This document shows positions 27,333 through 36,340 of a stretch of 64,000 nucleotides of DNA, piece by piece. This DNA comes from an uncultured Actinomycetota bacterium (lineage in GTDB: Bacteria; Actinomycetota; Actinomycetes; Mycobacteriales; CADCTP01): assembly GCA_963766325.1 (NCBI GenBank), contig CAVXZF010000001.1, positions 113,447 to 177,446 of the forward strand. Direction: 5' to 3'. Below the pieces are notes generated by a model. It saw nothing but the letters and a program-made list of their open reading frames with translations, was not told the origin of the DNA and did not search any database. How positions within the stretch are numbered: the first letter of the stretch is position 1; every line of letters starts with the position of its first letter. The translations under genes and the position numbers were made by a program.

Positions 27333-28397
27333 TCAGGGCCCGCCGACGCGGGCGATCACGGCCTCGACGAAGACGCCGGTGGGCACCCCGCGGCCGGCCT
27401 CCAGGCCGCCGGGCCGCAGGTCGGAGGTGAGCGCGCGGCCCTCGGCCAGCACGCCCTCGACCGCGGCCCGGACCCGGGCGGCCGGCCCGGCCAGCCCGAG
27501 GTGGGCCAGAAGCAGCGCCCCGGACAGGATCATCGCGGTCGGGTTGAGCACGCCCCGCCCGGCCCAGGCCGGCGCCGAGCCGTGGGTGGCCTCGAAGACC
27601 GCGCAGCCGGGGCCGAGGTTGGCGCCCGGGGCCACGCCCAGCCCGCCGACGGTGGCGGCGGCGACGTCGGAGGCGATGTCGCCGTACAGGTTTTGCAGGA
27701 GCAGCACGCCGGACAGCCCGCCGCGGGCCACCGCCGCGAGCGCGTCGGCCAGCCCGAGCTCGGCGTACGGCACCTCGGGCACCTCCGCGGCGGCGGCTCG
27801 GGCGGCGGCCAGGAACAGCCCGTCGGTCTCCGGGTAGAGCTGGGGGAGCGCGGCCGCGGTCACCGGCCCGCCGCCGGCCGCCGCCGTGGCGAAGGCGTGC
27901 CGGGCCACCCGCAGCGAGCCGGCCCAGGAGATCGCCTTGACCGAGACCTCGCGGCCCTCCTCGAGGCCGAGCCGGGCGGCCAGCTCGGCGTGCCCGGGCT
28001 CGCCCGGCCCGCTCTCCCAGCCGGCGTAGATGTCCTCGGTGTTCTCCCGGACCACGGTGAGGTCGACGCCCGGGCGCACCGCGGGCACCCCGGGCAGCGC
28101 GCGGGCCGGCCGCACGCACGCGTAGAGGTCGAGGGCCTGCCGGAGCCGGATGTTCACGCTGCGGTGGCCGCTGCCGGCCTGGGTGGTGGTCGGGCCCTTG
28201 AGCGCGGCGCCGACCCGGCGGACCGCCTCGACGGTCGCGTCGGGCAGCGCGGTGCCCAGCCGGGCCGCGGTGCCGGCCCCGGCCTCGGCCGGCACCCAGC
28301 GCAGCGCGCCGCCGGTCGCGGCGTCGAGCACCTGCCGGGCCGCGGCCACCAGCTCGGGACCGCTGTCGTCGCCGGGGATGACCACCGCTTCGACCAC
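27333..28397 (-). CDS. Isocitrate/isopropylmalate dehydrogenase family enzyme (FrbB-like)
   Basis: VVIPGDDSGPELV, VVRENTEDIYAG, NLYGDIASD and ATHGSAP. Internal GTG at 28397 of track ORF 27333..30545. Confidence 0.8.
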   Translation of the reverse strand: MVEAVVIPGDDSGPELVAAARQVLDAATGGALRWVPAEAGAGTAARLGTALPDATVEAVRRVGAALKGPTTTQAGSGHRSVNIRLRQALDLYACVRPARALPGVPAVRPGVDLTVVRENTEDIYAGWESGPGEPGHAELAARLGLEEGREVSVKAISWAGSLRVARHAFATAAAGGGPVTAAALPQLYPETDGLFLAAARAAAAEVPEVPYAELGLADALAAVARGGLSGVLLLQNLYGDIASDVAAATVGGLGVAPGANLGPGCAVFEATHGSAPAWAGRGVLNPTAMILSGALLLAHLGLAGPAARVRAAVEGVLAEGRALTSDLRPGGLEAGRGVPTGVFVEAVIARVGGP

Positions 28398-28490
28398 CCC
28401 GTCACGATAACTGCCCGCGACGGCCGGCTCGCGACTCCTGCACCGATTGGCGTCTACTGCCCGTTCCGCCCGGACGGTTACAGTGCCGGG

Positions 28491-29627
28491 ATGGACAGGC
28501 GCAGAGTCGTCATCGTCGGGGCGAGCGGGTCGATCGGCCGGCAGGCACGCGAGGTGGTGGCCCGCTCGGACATCCTCGACGTGGTCGGGCTGGTCGTGCT
28601 GCGCGACACCGGCTCGCTGGTCGAGGCGGTCGCGGAGACCGGCTGCCGCGAGGTCGCGGTGGTCGACGGCGACGCCCGGGCCGCGCTGAGGGCGCCCGAT
28701 GGCGTCACCGTGCACGCCGAGCCGGCCGCGCTGCTCGACGCCGCCCAGCCGGACATCGTGCTCAACGCGGCCGTCGGCTCGGCCGGCCTGTCCTGGACGC
28801 TGGAGACCGCGGCCCGCGGGCTCGACATGGCCCTGGCCAACAAGGAGTCGCTGGTCGCCGGCGGTCCGGTGGTGGCCCGGATCCTGCGCGAGTCCGGGTG
28901 CAAGGTGGTGCCGGTCGACTCCGAGCACTCCGCGCTGCACCAGCTGCTGGAGTTCAGCCGGCACGCGCGGACGCTGACCATCACCGCGTCCGGCGGCCCG
29001 TTCCGCGGTCGGGCCTGGGCCGACCTGGCCGAGGTGACCGTCGAGGCCGCGCTCAAGCACCCCAACTGGTCGATGGGCCGCAAGAACACGATCGACTCGG
29101 CCACCCTGGTCAACAAGGGCCTGGAGATGATCGAGGCCCGCTACCTCTTCGACTGGCCGGCCGACGACATCGAGGTGGCGGTGCAGGCCCAGTCGGTGCT
29201 GCACGCCGCGGTGACGCTGACCGACGGCACCCTGATCGCCACCCTGTCGCCGCCGGACATGCGGCGCAGCATCTCGTACGCGCTGCACCACCCGGACAGC
29301 GTGGACATCGGGCTGCCGCCGGCCAGGGTGGCCGACCTCGGGCCGCTGGCGTTCGAGCCGGTGCCGACCGACTTTCCCGGGGTGCCGCTGGCCCGGGAGG
29401 CGATGCGGCTGGAGGACCGCGGCGGCACGGCGGCGTACAACGCGGCCAACGAGGTGGCGGTCGAGGCGTTCCTCGGCGGCGCGCTGCGCTTCACCGAGAT
29501 CGTCGAGGTGATCGAGGCCGCCCTGGACCGGCTGCCGGACGCGCCGGTGACCACGGTGGACGAGGTGCTGGCGCTGGACGCCGAGGTGCGCGCGGTGGCC
29601 CGGCAGCGGGTCGGCGGGGTGCGCTGA
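28491..29627 (+). CDS. dxr: 1-deoxy-D-xylulose-5-phosphate reductoisomerase homologue located inside the phosphonate cluster (probable self-resistance copy, DxrB-like)
   Basis: VGASGSIGRQA, LANKESLV, PVDSEHSALHQ and HPNWSMGRKNTIDSATLVNKGLEMIEA. ATG at 28491. Confidence 0.9.
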   Translation: MDRRRVVIVGASGSIGRQAREVVARSDILDVVGLVVLRDTGSLVEAVAETGCREVAVVDGDARAALRAPDGVTVHAEPAALLDAAQPDIVLNAAVGSAGLSWTLETAARGLDMALANKESLVAGGPVVARILRESGCKVVPVDSEHSALHQLLEFSRHARTLTITASGGPFRGRAWADLAEVTVEAALKHPNWSMGRKNTIDSATLVNKGLEMIEARYLFDWPADDIEVAVQAQSVLHAAVTLTDGTLIATLSPPDMRRSISYALHHPDSVDIGLPPARVADLGPLAFEPVPTDFPGVPLAREAMRLEDRGGTAAYNAANEVAVEAFLGGALRFTEIVEVIEAALDRLPDAPVTTVDEVLALDAEVRAVARQRVGGVR

Positions 29628-29638
29628 CCGGAGGCCGG

Positions 29639-30619
29639 TCACGCCTCCAGCCAGGCCTGCAGGGTCGGCGTCGGCAGCAGGTCCGGCGCCTCCAGCCGCT
29701 CCATCACCATCAGCTCGGCGGCGACCGACAGCACGTCCCACAGGACGGCGGGCACGGTCACGTCCAGCGGGGCGGCGAGCTCGCGGATCCGCATCCAGTC
29801 CAGCCGGGCGCCGGCCGCCAGCTCCGCCTCGAGCGCGGCGGCGACGGCCGCCCCGCCGGGCCGGGCCGCCAGCCGGCCCAGCGCCGCGTGCGGGTCCAGG
29901 TCGTGCGGCGGGTGCGCCGCCTCCAGCCGCTCGATCCGCTCCGCCAGCCGGAGGTCGGCCGGTCGCAGGCCGGCCGCCTCGGCCAGCAGCCGGCGGCGCT
30001 CGTCCCGGTCGAAGAAGACGGCCAGCTCGCGGACGACGTCGGCCGGCTCGTCCGCGGCGTGCACGAACGTGAACAGCCCGCTGACCGACCGCAGCGTGGA
30101 CCGCAGCGTGCCGGCCGGCCGGCTGGCCGCGTCGTAGCCGCCCTTGAGGTTGCTGAGCCGGACCGACGCCGGCACCGGCCCGGGCGGCGCCGTGAACAGG
30201 ACCACGAGCATGTCGGTGGCGGCGAAGAGCAGGGTGCACAGGTCGAGGCGGTCCACCCGCATGCGGTTCCAGTTCCACCGCCACAGCGCGCGCATGCCGT
30301 GCCGGTCGAGCCGGACGTTGCCGGCCGCGACCGGGACGAAGCCCTGCGCGGCGGCGAAGTCGAGCGCGGCCGCGATGCGCCGGCCGACCACCGCGTCCGG
30401 CTTGAAGCTGAGCAGGGCCAGCGACTGCAGCACCTCCACCGCGCGGTCGCCGTGCAGCGCCCGCAGGTCCCACCAGCTCTCGCGGAAGTCCAGGTCCTCC
30501 CGGTAGTCCCGGCGCTTGCGGGGCAGCACGGTCAACCGGCGCCACTCCCGGTCGTCCGGCAGCGGGTCCGGCGGTCGGCGGTCCCGCTCCCGGCCGGGGA
30601 CGGTGATCTGCGCGGTCAT
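29639..30619 (-). CDS. Nucleoside-diphosphate-kinase-fold protein with a helical C-terminal domain (paralogue 2)
   Basis: LLSFKPDAVVGRRIAAALDFAAAQGFV and FTFVHAADEPADVVRELAVFF. It aligns by eye along its length with 26332..27318. It starts 4 nt after the TauD-like gene stop. Confidence 0.6.
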   Translation of the reverse strand: MTAQITVPGRERDRRPPDPLPDDREWRRLTVLPRKRRDYREDLDFRESWWDLRALHGDRAVEVLQSLALLSFKPDAVVGRRIAAALDFAAAQGFVPVAAGNVRLDRHGMRALWRWNWNRMRVDRLDLCTLLFAATDMLVVLFTAPPGPVPASVRLSNLKGGYDAASRPAGTLRSTLRSVSGLFTFVHAADEPADVVRELAVFFDRDERRRLLAEAAGLRPADLRLAERIERLEAAHPPHDLDPHAALGRLAARPGGAAVAAALEAELAAGARLDWMRIRELAAPLDVTVPAVLWDVLSVAAELMVMERLEAPDLLPTPTLQAWLEA

Positions 30620-30623
30620 CGGC

Positions 30624-31646
30624 TCAGCCGGCGACCTTCGCGGCGTCGCCGACCAGCTCCATGCCCCAGCGGTGGGTGGACATGAAGGTCGGGAACTGCC
30701 GCGCGTCGTGCACGTTGATCCACATCCGGAGCAGGTGCCGGCGGGACTCCTCGGGGACGTCGCCGTGCTCGTACGCCGAGCGCCGGTGCACGGTCACGTT
30801 GTCGTCGACCAGCTGCAGGTCGCCGGGCTCCAGCCGCATCGAGACGTGGCTCTCCTCCCGCGCCGGCACCTCCTCGAAGGCGTCCAGCGCCTCCCGCTGC
30901 ACCGGGGTCAGGGTCAGCCCCATCCGCTCCGGCCCGGACTCGGCGAACTGGCGCAGGAAGTACCGGCAGATGACCTCGCCGTTGTAATAGCCGAAGACGG
31001 CGTTCGGGTACGCCGGCGGCTCGCCCGGCGGCTCCTCGCCGCGGTAGTCGTACAGGAAGCCGGCGTAGTAGACGCCGAGCAGCTCCCGCTTGGTGCGCAG
31101 GATCTCGTTGTAGATGTGGTGCGCGCTGGCCACCGAGAAGACGCCGCCCGCCTCGGCCTGGCGCAGGCACAGCAGCGCGGCGAGGTCCGGCGCGTCGCTG
31201 TGGTAGGGCAGCGACTCGTTGGTCTGGTAGCCGCGGACGGTCTTGCTGGCCTTGATGGCGACGCCGCGGTCCTTGATCGAGACGATCCGATCGCCGCGGC
31301 CGTTCTGCCGCACGCCGACGCCGAGGTGGGTGCCGAGCGCCCAGGCGACCGCCTGCGCCTCGGCCAGCTGCAGCCCCTCGATCGGCACCCCCTTGAGCAG
31401 CGCCAGCCCGCGGCCGTGCTCCAGCTGGTCGACGATCCGCTTGATCAGCGGCCCGACCAGCGGCAGGTCGACGTCGTCGCGGGACGCGAGGGCGACGGTG
31501 CCGTGCTCGGTCAGCTTCTCGGCGGCCCGGGTGACCTCGGCCCGCATCGGCCCGGTCAGCTCGTACGTCCACCCGGCGGGATCCTCGACATCCTCCCGGC
31601 GCCACACTGACGGGCCGGTGATCGGCTCCGTCCGGATGCTGGTCAT
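30624..31646 (-). CDS. TauD/TfdA-family Fe(II)/2-oxoglutarate dioxygenase (FrbJ-like)
   Basis: LPYHSD (HxD facial-triad context) and ...VTVHRRSAY. ATGA overlap with the aconitase gene. Confidence 0.75.
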   Translation of the reverse strand: MTSIRTEPITGPSVWRREDVEDPAGWTYELTGPMRAEVTRAAEKLTEHGTVALASRDDVDLPLVGPLIKRIVDQLEHGRGLALLKGVPIEGLQLAEAQAVAWALGTHLGVGVRQNGRGDRIVSIKDRGVAIKASKTVRGYQTNESLPYHSDAPDLAALLCLRQAEAGGVFSVASAHHIYNEILRTKRELLGVYYAGFLYDYRGEEPPGEPPAYPNAVFGYYNGEVICRYFLRQFAESGPERMGLTLTPVQREALDAFEEVPAREESHVSMRLEPGDLQLVDDNVTVHRRSAYEHGDVPEESRRHLLRMWINVHDARQFPTFMSTHRWGMELVGDAAKVAG

Positions 31647-34231
31647 GCGGATCCCTTCTCTGTGCTGGTACGGATCGCGGCGATCGCCGCGGGCAGCGCC
31701 CCGCCGGCCCGCCAGACCGCGGTCTCGGCCGGCGTGTCCAGCCGCACCCGCATCGACCAGGCCAGCCCGCTGCCGTCCGCCCGGGTGGCCCGCACGGTGG
31801 CTCGTCCGCCATCCAGCCAGCCCTCGGCCGGCCCGGCCGGCAGCTCGACGTCGAGCCGCTCGGTGCCGTCCAGGCCCAGCTCGTCCGGCCCCTCGCCGGC
31901 CTCGAACTGCAGCGGCAGGATGCCGACCCCGACCAGGTTGCTGCGGTGGATCCGCTCGAAGGAGCCGGCCAGCACGGCCCGCACCCCGAGCAGCGCCGGG
32001 CCCTTGGCGGCCCAGTCGCGCGAGCTGCCGACGCCGTAGTTGCGGCCGGCCAGGATGACCAGCGGCACCCCCTCGGCCCGGTAGCGGTCGGCCGCGTCCA
32101 CCAGCGCCAGCACCTCGCCGGAGGGCTGGTGGGTCGTGTACGGCCCCGGCCGGTCGGCCAGCGCGTTGCGGAACCGCGGGTTGCCGAAGACGCCGCGCAG
32201 CAGCACGTCGTGGTTGGCCCTGCGGGTGCCGAAGCTGCCGAAGTCGGCCGGCGGCACCCCGAGCGAGCGCAGGTAGCGGCCGGCCACCGAGGCCGGCGCG
32301 ATCCCGCCGGCCGGCGAAATGTGGTCGGTGGTGGTCAGGTCGGGCGCCCGCACCAGCACCCGGGCCCCGCGAAGCGGCCCCGCCGGGTCGAAGGCGGGCA
32401 GCGCGAACGGGGTCGGCCGCACGTAGGTCGACTCCGCCGGCCAGTCGTAGAGCGGGCCGGTCGGGGCGGCCAGCCCCTCCCAGGCGTCGTCGCCGCGGAG
32501 CAGGTCGCGGCGCTGGCCGGCGTACAGGTCCGGGGTGAGGTGGGCCAGCGCGGCGTCCACCTCGGCCGCGGTCGGCCACAGGTCGGCCAGCGTCGCGGTC
32601 GAGCCGGCCTGCAGCGGGCCGGCGGTGAGGTCGCGGGTCACGTCACCGGCCAGCGCGTACGCGACCACCAGCGGCGGGGAGGCGAGGTACGCGGCGTCGA
32701 CGTCGGCGTGGATGCGGCCCTCGAAGTTGCGGTTGCCGGACAGCACCGCGACCCGGGGCCGGCCGGGCCGGTCGGCGGCCGCCGGGAGCAGCGGCCCGCT
32801 GTTGCCGATGCAGGTGCCGCAGCCGTAGCCGGCGACGTGGAAGCCGAGCTTCTCCAGCGCGGGCAGCAGCCCGGCCGCGTCCAGGTGCGCGGTGACCGCG
32901 GGGGAGCCCGGGGTCATGCTCGTCTTCACCCAGTCCGGCGGGCGCAGCCCGCGCTCGACCGCCTTGGCCGCGACCAGGCCGGCGGTCACCATCGAGCGGG
33001 AGTTGGCGGTGTTGGTGCAGCTGGTGATCGCGGCCAGCACCACCTCGCCGCCGGTGCCGCCACCGTCGCCGGCGGGCAGGCTCGCCGGCACCTGGGAGAG
33101 CGCGACGGTCTGCTCCGGCCGGGTCGGCCCGGCCAGCACCGGCTCGACCTCGGCCAGGTCGACCTCGACCACCCGCGCGAACGTGGCCTCGTCGCGGGCG
33201 CCGAAGGTGCCCTGCCAGCGGTGGTACGCCTCCACCAGCGCCACCTGCGCCGGGTCGCGGCCGGTCAGCCGGAGGTAGTCCAGCGTCCGGTCGTCGACCG
33301 GGAAGAGCGCGACCGTGCTGCCGTACTCCGGGGCCATGTTGGCGACGGTGGCCCGGTCCGGCGCCGACAGCGTCGCCACGCCCGGGCCGAGGAACTCCAG
33401 CATCGCGCCGACCACGCCGGCCGCCCGCAGCTGCCGGGTGACGGTGAGCGCGAGGTCGGTCGCGGTGGCCGGCGGGCGCAGCGCGCCACGCAGCCGCACC
33501 CCGACCAGCTCGGGCAGCGGGATGGAGACCGCGCCGCCGAGCGCGACACCGACCGCCTCGACCCCGCCGACGCCCCAGCCGAGCACGCCCAGCCCGTTGA
33601 CCATCGGGGTGTGCGAGTCGGTGCCGAGCACGAAGTCGTACGCGAGCAGGTCGGGCCGCTGCGGGTCCGGGCAGACCAGCCGGGCCAGCGCCTCCAGGTG
33701 GATCTGGTGCACGATGCCGCGCCCGGGCGGCACGATCCGCAAGCCCTCGAACGCGCCGGCCGCCCACTTGAGGAAGCGGAAGCGCTCGGCGTTGTGGGCG
33801 AACTCGTACGCCATGTTGTCCCGCAGCGCGCCCGGCCGCCGGCTGGCCTGCACCTCGACGCTGTGGTCGACGACGAGGTCGACCGGCAGGGTCAGGTCCA
33901 GCGCGGCCGCCGGGATGCCGAGCTCGGTGGCGGTCCGCCGGGCGGAGGCGACGTCGGCCAGCACCGGGATGCCGCTGTGGTCCTGCAGCACCAGCCGGGT
34001 CGGCCGGATGCGCAGCTCGCCGGGGTCGGCGGCCGGGACCGGGTCGAGCAGCCGCTGGGCGGTGCCGAGCGCCCGGTCCAGCTCGCCCGGGGCGGCGGTG
34101 CGGAGCACGTTCTCGGCCAGCATGATGGCGGTGCGCGGGGCGGTGGCGAGGCCGCTCAGGCCGGCGCGGGCCAGGTCGACGTACCGGACCGGGCCGCCCG
34201 GACCGTCCCGCTCGGTGACGAGCTCGCTCAT
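31643..34231 (-). CDS. Aconitase family hydratase (FrbA-like; 2-phosphonomethylmalate isomerase candidate)
   Basis: 862 aa with aconitase blocks VVDHSVEVQ, GTDSHTPMVNGLGVLGWGVGG, ITSCTNT, CGTCIGNSG and NRNFEGR, plus the swivel domain. Confidence 0.9.
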   Translation of the reverse strand: MSELVTERDGPGGPVRYVDLARAGLSGLATAPRTAIMLAENVLRTAAPGELDRALGTAQRLLDPVPAADPGELRIRPTRLVLQDHSGIPVLADVASARRTATELGIPAAALDLTLPVDLVVDHSVEVQASRRPGALRDNMAYEFAHNAERFRFLKWAAGAFEGLRIVPPGRGIVHQIHLEALARLVCPDPQRPDLLAYDFVLGTDSHTPMVNGLGVLGWGVGGVEAVGVALGGAVSIPLPELVGVRLRGALRPPATATDLALTVTRQLRAAGVVGAMLEFLGPGVATLSAPDRATVANMAPEYGSTVALFPVDDRTLDYLRLTGRDPAQVALVEAYHRWQGTFGARDEATFARVVEVDLAEVEPVLAGPTRPEQTVALSQVPASLPAGDGGGTGGEVVLAAITSCTNTANSRSMVTAGLVAAKAVERGLRPPDWVKTSMTPGSPAVTAHLDAAGLLPALEKLGFHVAGYGCGTCIGNSGPLLPAAADRPGRPRVAVLSGNRNFEGRIHADVDAAYLASPPLVVAYALAGDVTRDLTAGPLQAGSTATLADLWPTAAEVDAALAHLTPDLYAGQRRDLLRGDDAWEGLAAPTGPLYDWPAESTYVRPTPFALPAFDPAGPLRGARVLVRAPDLTTTDHISPAGGIAPASVAGRYLRSLGVPPADFGSFGTRRANHDVLLRGVFGNPRFRNALADRPGPYTTHQPSGEVLALVDAADRYRAEGVPLVILAGRNYGVGSSRDWAAKGPALLGVRAVLAGSFERIHRSNLVGVGILPLQFEAGEGPDELGLDGTERLDVELPAGPAEGWLDGGRATVRATRADGSGLAWSMRVRLDTPAETAVWRAGGALPAAIAAIRTSTEKGSA

Positions 34232-34275
34232 CCGCCCCCTCCATACCCGAGGGCGTGACGCCCTAGTGTCCGGAT

Positions 34276-35061
34276 GTGCTCACTCTGGTCGTGACCGCGG
34301 ACACCGACCCCGAGCTGCTCGCGGAGGCCCGCCGGCTGGTCCCGGCGGCCGGGCTGGTCGGCCCGGACGACCTGCGGCCGGGTCGGCCGGCCGTGGTGCT
34401 GCCGCTGGCCGACGACCCGACCGCGGCCCGGGCGGCCGAGCGGCGGCTGCGGCACGCGGTGGGCGCGCTGGCCGCGGTGGTGGACACCCGGCCCCGGCTG
34501 GTGCTCGACGTGGCCTCCTTTACCAGCGCGGCCGGCGAGCTGCCGCCCGGCGCGCTGCGCGAGGGCACCGCGATCGGCTGGAGCGACACCGACGAGGCCG
34601 CGGTCGACGCGCTGCTCGACCTGGCCGGCCGGCTGGCCGGCGACCGGCCGCTCACCGCCGTGCACAAGGGCAACAGCATCAAGCGCACCGACGGCCTGCT
34701 GGCCCGCCGGGCCCGCGCCCGCGGGCTGGACACGGTGATCGTGGACCACTTCGCCGCTCAGCTGGTCACCGACCCGGACCGCTTCGGCTGCGTGGTCACC
34801 CACGAGCTCTACGCCGCGCTGCTGCTCGGCACGCTGGCCGGCGCCCGGGGAGAGCCGGCGCCCCGGCACCACCGGCTGGTGACTGGCGGGGCCGGGCACG
34901 AGGTGCACGTCGCCGACCACCCGGCGCTGCGGGACGCGGCGGAGCCGGCCGAGCAGCGGCGCCGGCTCGGGCTGGCCGCGGTCCGGGCCGCCGTCGCCGC
35001 CGCCCTGGACGGGTCCGCCGCGCTGGACGGGTCCGCCGGCCCGGCCGGAGCGGGTCACTGA
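34276..35061 (+). CDS. Degenerate isocitrate/isopropylmalate-dehydrogenase-like protein (probable pseudoenzyme or accessory subunit)
   Basis: Distant IDH-like order (LTLVVTADTDPEL in place of GDGIGPE; VDHFAAQLVTDPDRFGCVVTHELYAALLLGT in place of ...NLFGDILSD), so the metal- and substrate-binding Asp residues are not conserved. GTG start. High GC3. Confidence 0.45.
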   Translation: MLTLVVTADTDPELLAEARRLVPAAGLVGPDDLRPGRPAVVLPLADDPTAARAAERRLRHAVGALAAVVDTRPRLVLDVASFTSAAGELPPGALREGTAIGWSDTDEAAVDALLDLAGRLAGDRPLTAVHKGNSIKRTDGLLARRARARGLDTVIVDHFAAQLVTDPDRFGCVVTHELYAALLLGTLAGARGEPAPRHHRLVTGGAGHEVHVADHPALRDAAEPAEQRRRLGLAAVRAAVAAALDGSAALDGSAGPAGAGH

Positions 35062-36185
35062 GCGAGCTGGGCCTGGTAGAGCGGCTCGAGCTCGCTGTCC
35101 TCGACCGCCCCGCCGCGCTCGATGGCGAGCCTGCGGACGGCGACCAGGGTCGCGCCGAGCGCCTTCTCGTCCGGCTCGATGCCGCGCTCGGCCAGCAGGT
35201 GCGCGACCAGGGCGCGGCCGCTGTGCTTGCCCAGCACGTACCGCCGGATGTTGCCGACCTCCTCGGGCGGGAACGGCTCGAAGGTCGAGGTGTCGCGCAG
35301 CATCGCGTTGACGTGGATGCCGGACTCGTGGGCGAAGACGTTGGGCCCCACGATCGGCTGCCACGGCAGCACCGGCAGCCGGAGGAACTCGGTCAGCTGC
35401 CGGCTCAGCTCGGTCAGCCGGGTCTGGTCGATGCCGAGGTCCACGCCGTGGAACTTCTTGAGGATCAGCACCACCTGGGCCATGTCGGCCATCCCGGCGC
35501 GCTCGCCGATCCCGTTGATCGTGGTGTGGAAGTAGCGCGCGCCCGCGGCCAGCCCGGCGATCGTGTTGGCGGTGGCGTAGCCGTAGTCGTTGTGCGCGTG
35601 GCACTGCAGGTCGATGTCGGCGGCCTCGCGGACCAGCCGGACCCGGTCGCCGTAGCCGGCCGGGTCGAGCATGCCCACGGTGTCGGACAGCCGCAGCCGG
35701 TCGGCGCCCGCCTCGGCGACCACGCGGGCGTACTCCTGCAGGAAGGACGGCTCGGTCCGGGCCAGGTCCTCGGCGCTGATCGACACGTACGCCCCGGCGT
35801 CCTTGCCGATCTTGATCAGCTCGGCCGCGGTGCTCAGCAGCCAGGCCCGGTCCTTGCGGACGCTGCGGTCCAGGTGCACCGAGGAGGTCGGCAGTCCGAT
35901 GTGGACGGCCTCGTAGCCCAGGTCGAGGGACTGCTGGACGTCCTCGCGGACCCCGCGGTTCCAGGCCACCAGCCGGGCCCGGTCCTTGAGGCCGACGGCG
36001 TAGCGGAGGAAGTCGAGCTCCTCGCCGCCCATGGCCGGGATGCCGACCTCGATGCTGCTGACCCCCATGTCCAGCAGTGCGTGCAGCACCGCCTTCTTCT
36101 GGTCGAGGGAGAGGGCGACCCCGGGGGTCTGCTCACCGTCCCTGAGCGTGGTGTCCTCGAGGACGATGTCGGCGCGCAGAGTCAC
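35055..36185 (-). CDS. Homocitrate synthase / HMGL-like enzyme (FrbC-like 2-phosphonomethylmalate synthase candidate)
   Basis: LEDTTLRDGEQTPGV, IEVGIPAMG, HAHNDYGYATANT and HESGIHV. Confidence 0.85.
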   Translation of the reverse strand: MTLRADIVLEDTTLRDGEQTPGVALSLDQKKAVLHALLDMGVSSIEVGIPAMGGEELDFLRYAVGLKDRARLVAWNRGVREDVQQSLDLGYEAVHIGLPTSSVHLDRSVRKDRAWLLSTAAELIKIGKDAGAYVSISAEDLARTEPSFLQEYARVVAEAGADRLRLSDTVGMLDPAGYGDRVRLVREAADIDLQCHAHNDYGYATANTIAGLAAGARYFHTTINGIGERAGMADMAQVVLILKKFHGVDLGIDQTRLTELSRQLTEFLRLPVLPWQPIVGPNVFAHESGIHVNAMLRDTSTFEPFPPEEVGNIRRYVLGKHSGRALVAHLLAERGIEPDEKALGATLVAVRRLAIERGGAVEDSELEPLYQAQLAQ

Positions 36186-36340
36186 TTGCCCTCCGGATGT
36201 ACGGATTCACCCCGGCAGCGAGATTTCCGACCGAAGCTACGTCCCGATTCAGCCATGGGTCAAGAAGTCCCGGTCAGGTTTGCGAAGGGGCGGATGGCAT
36301 GATTGTGTGGCTCCGGGCCTCCTGCGCTTTCCGGGGGGAA

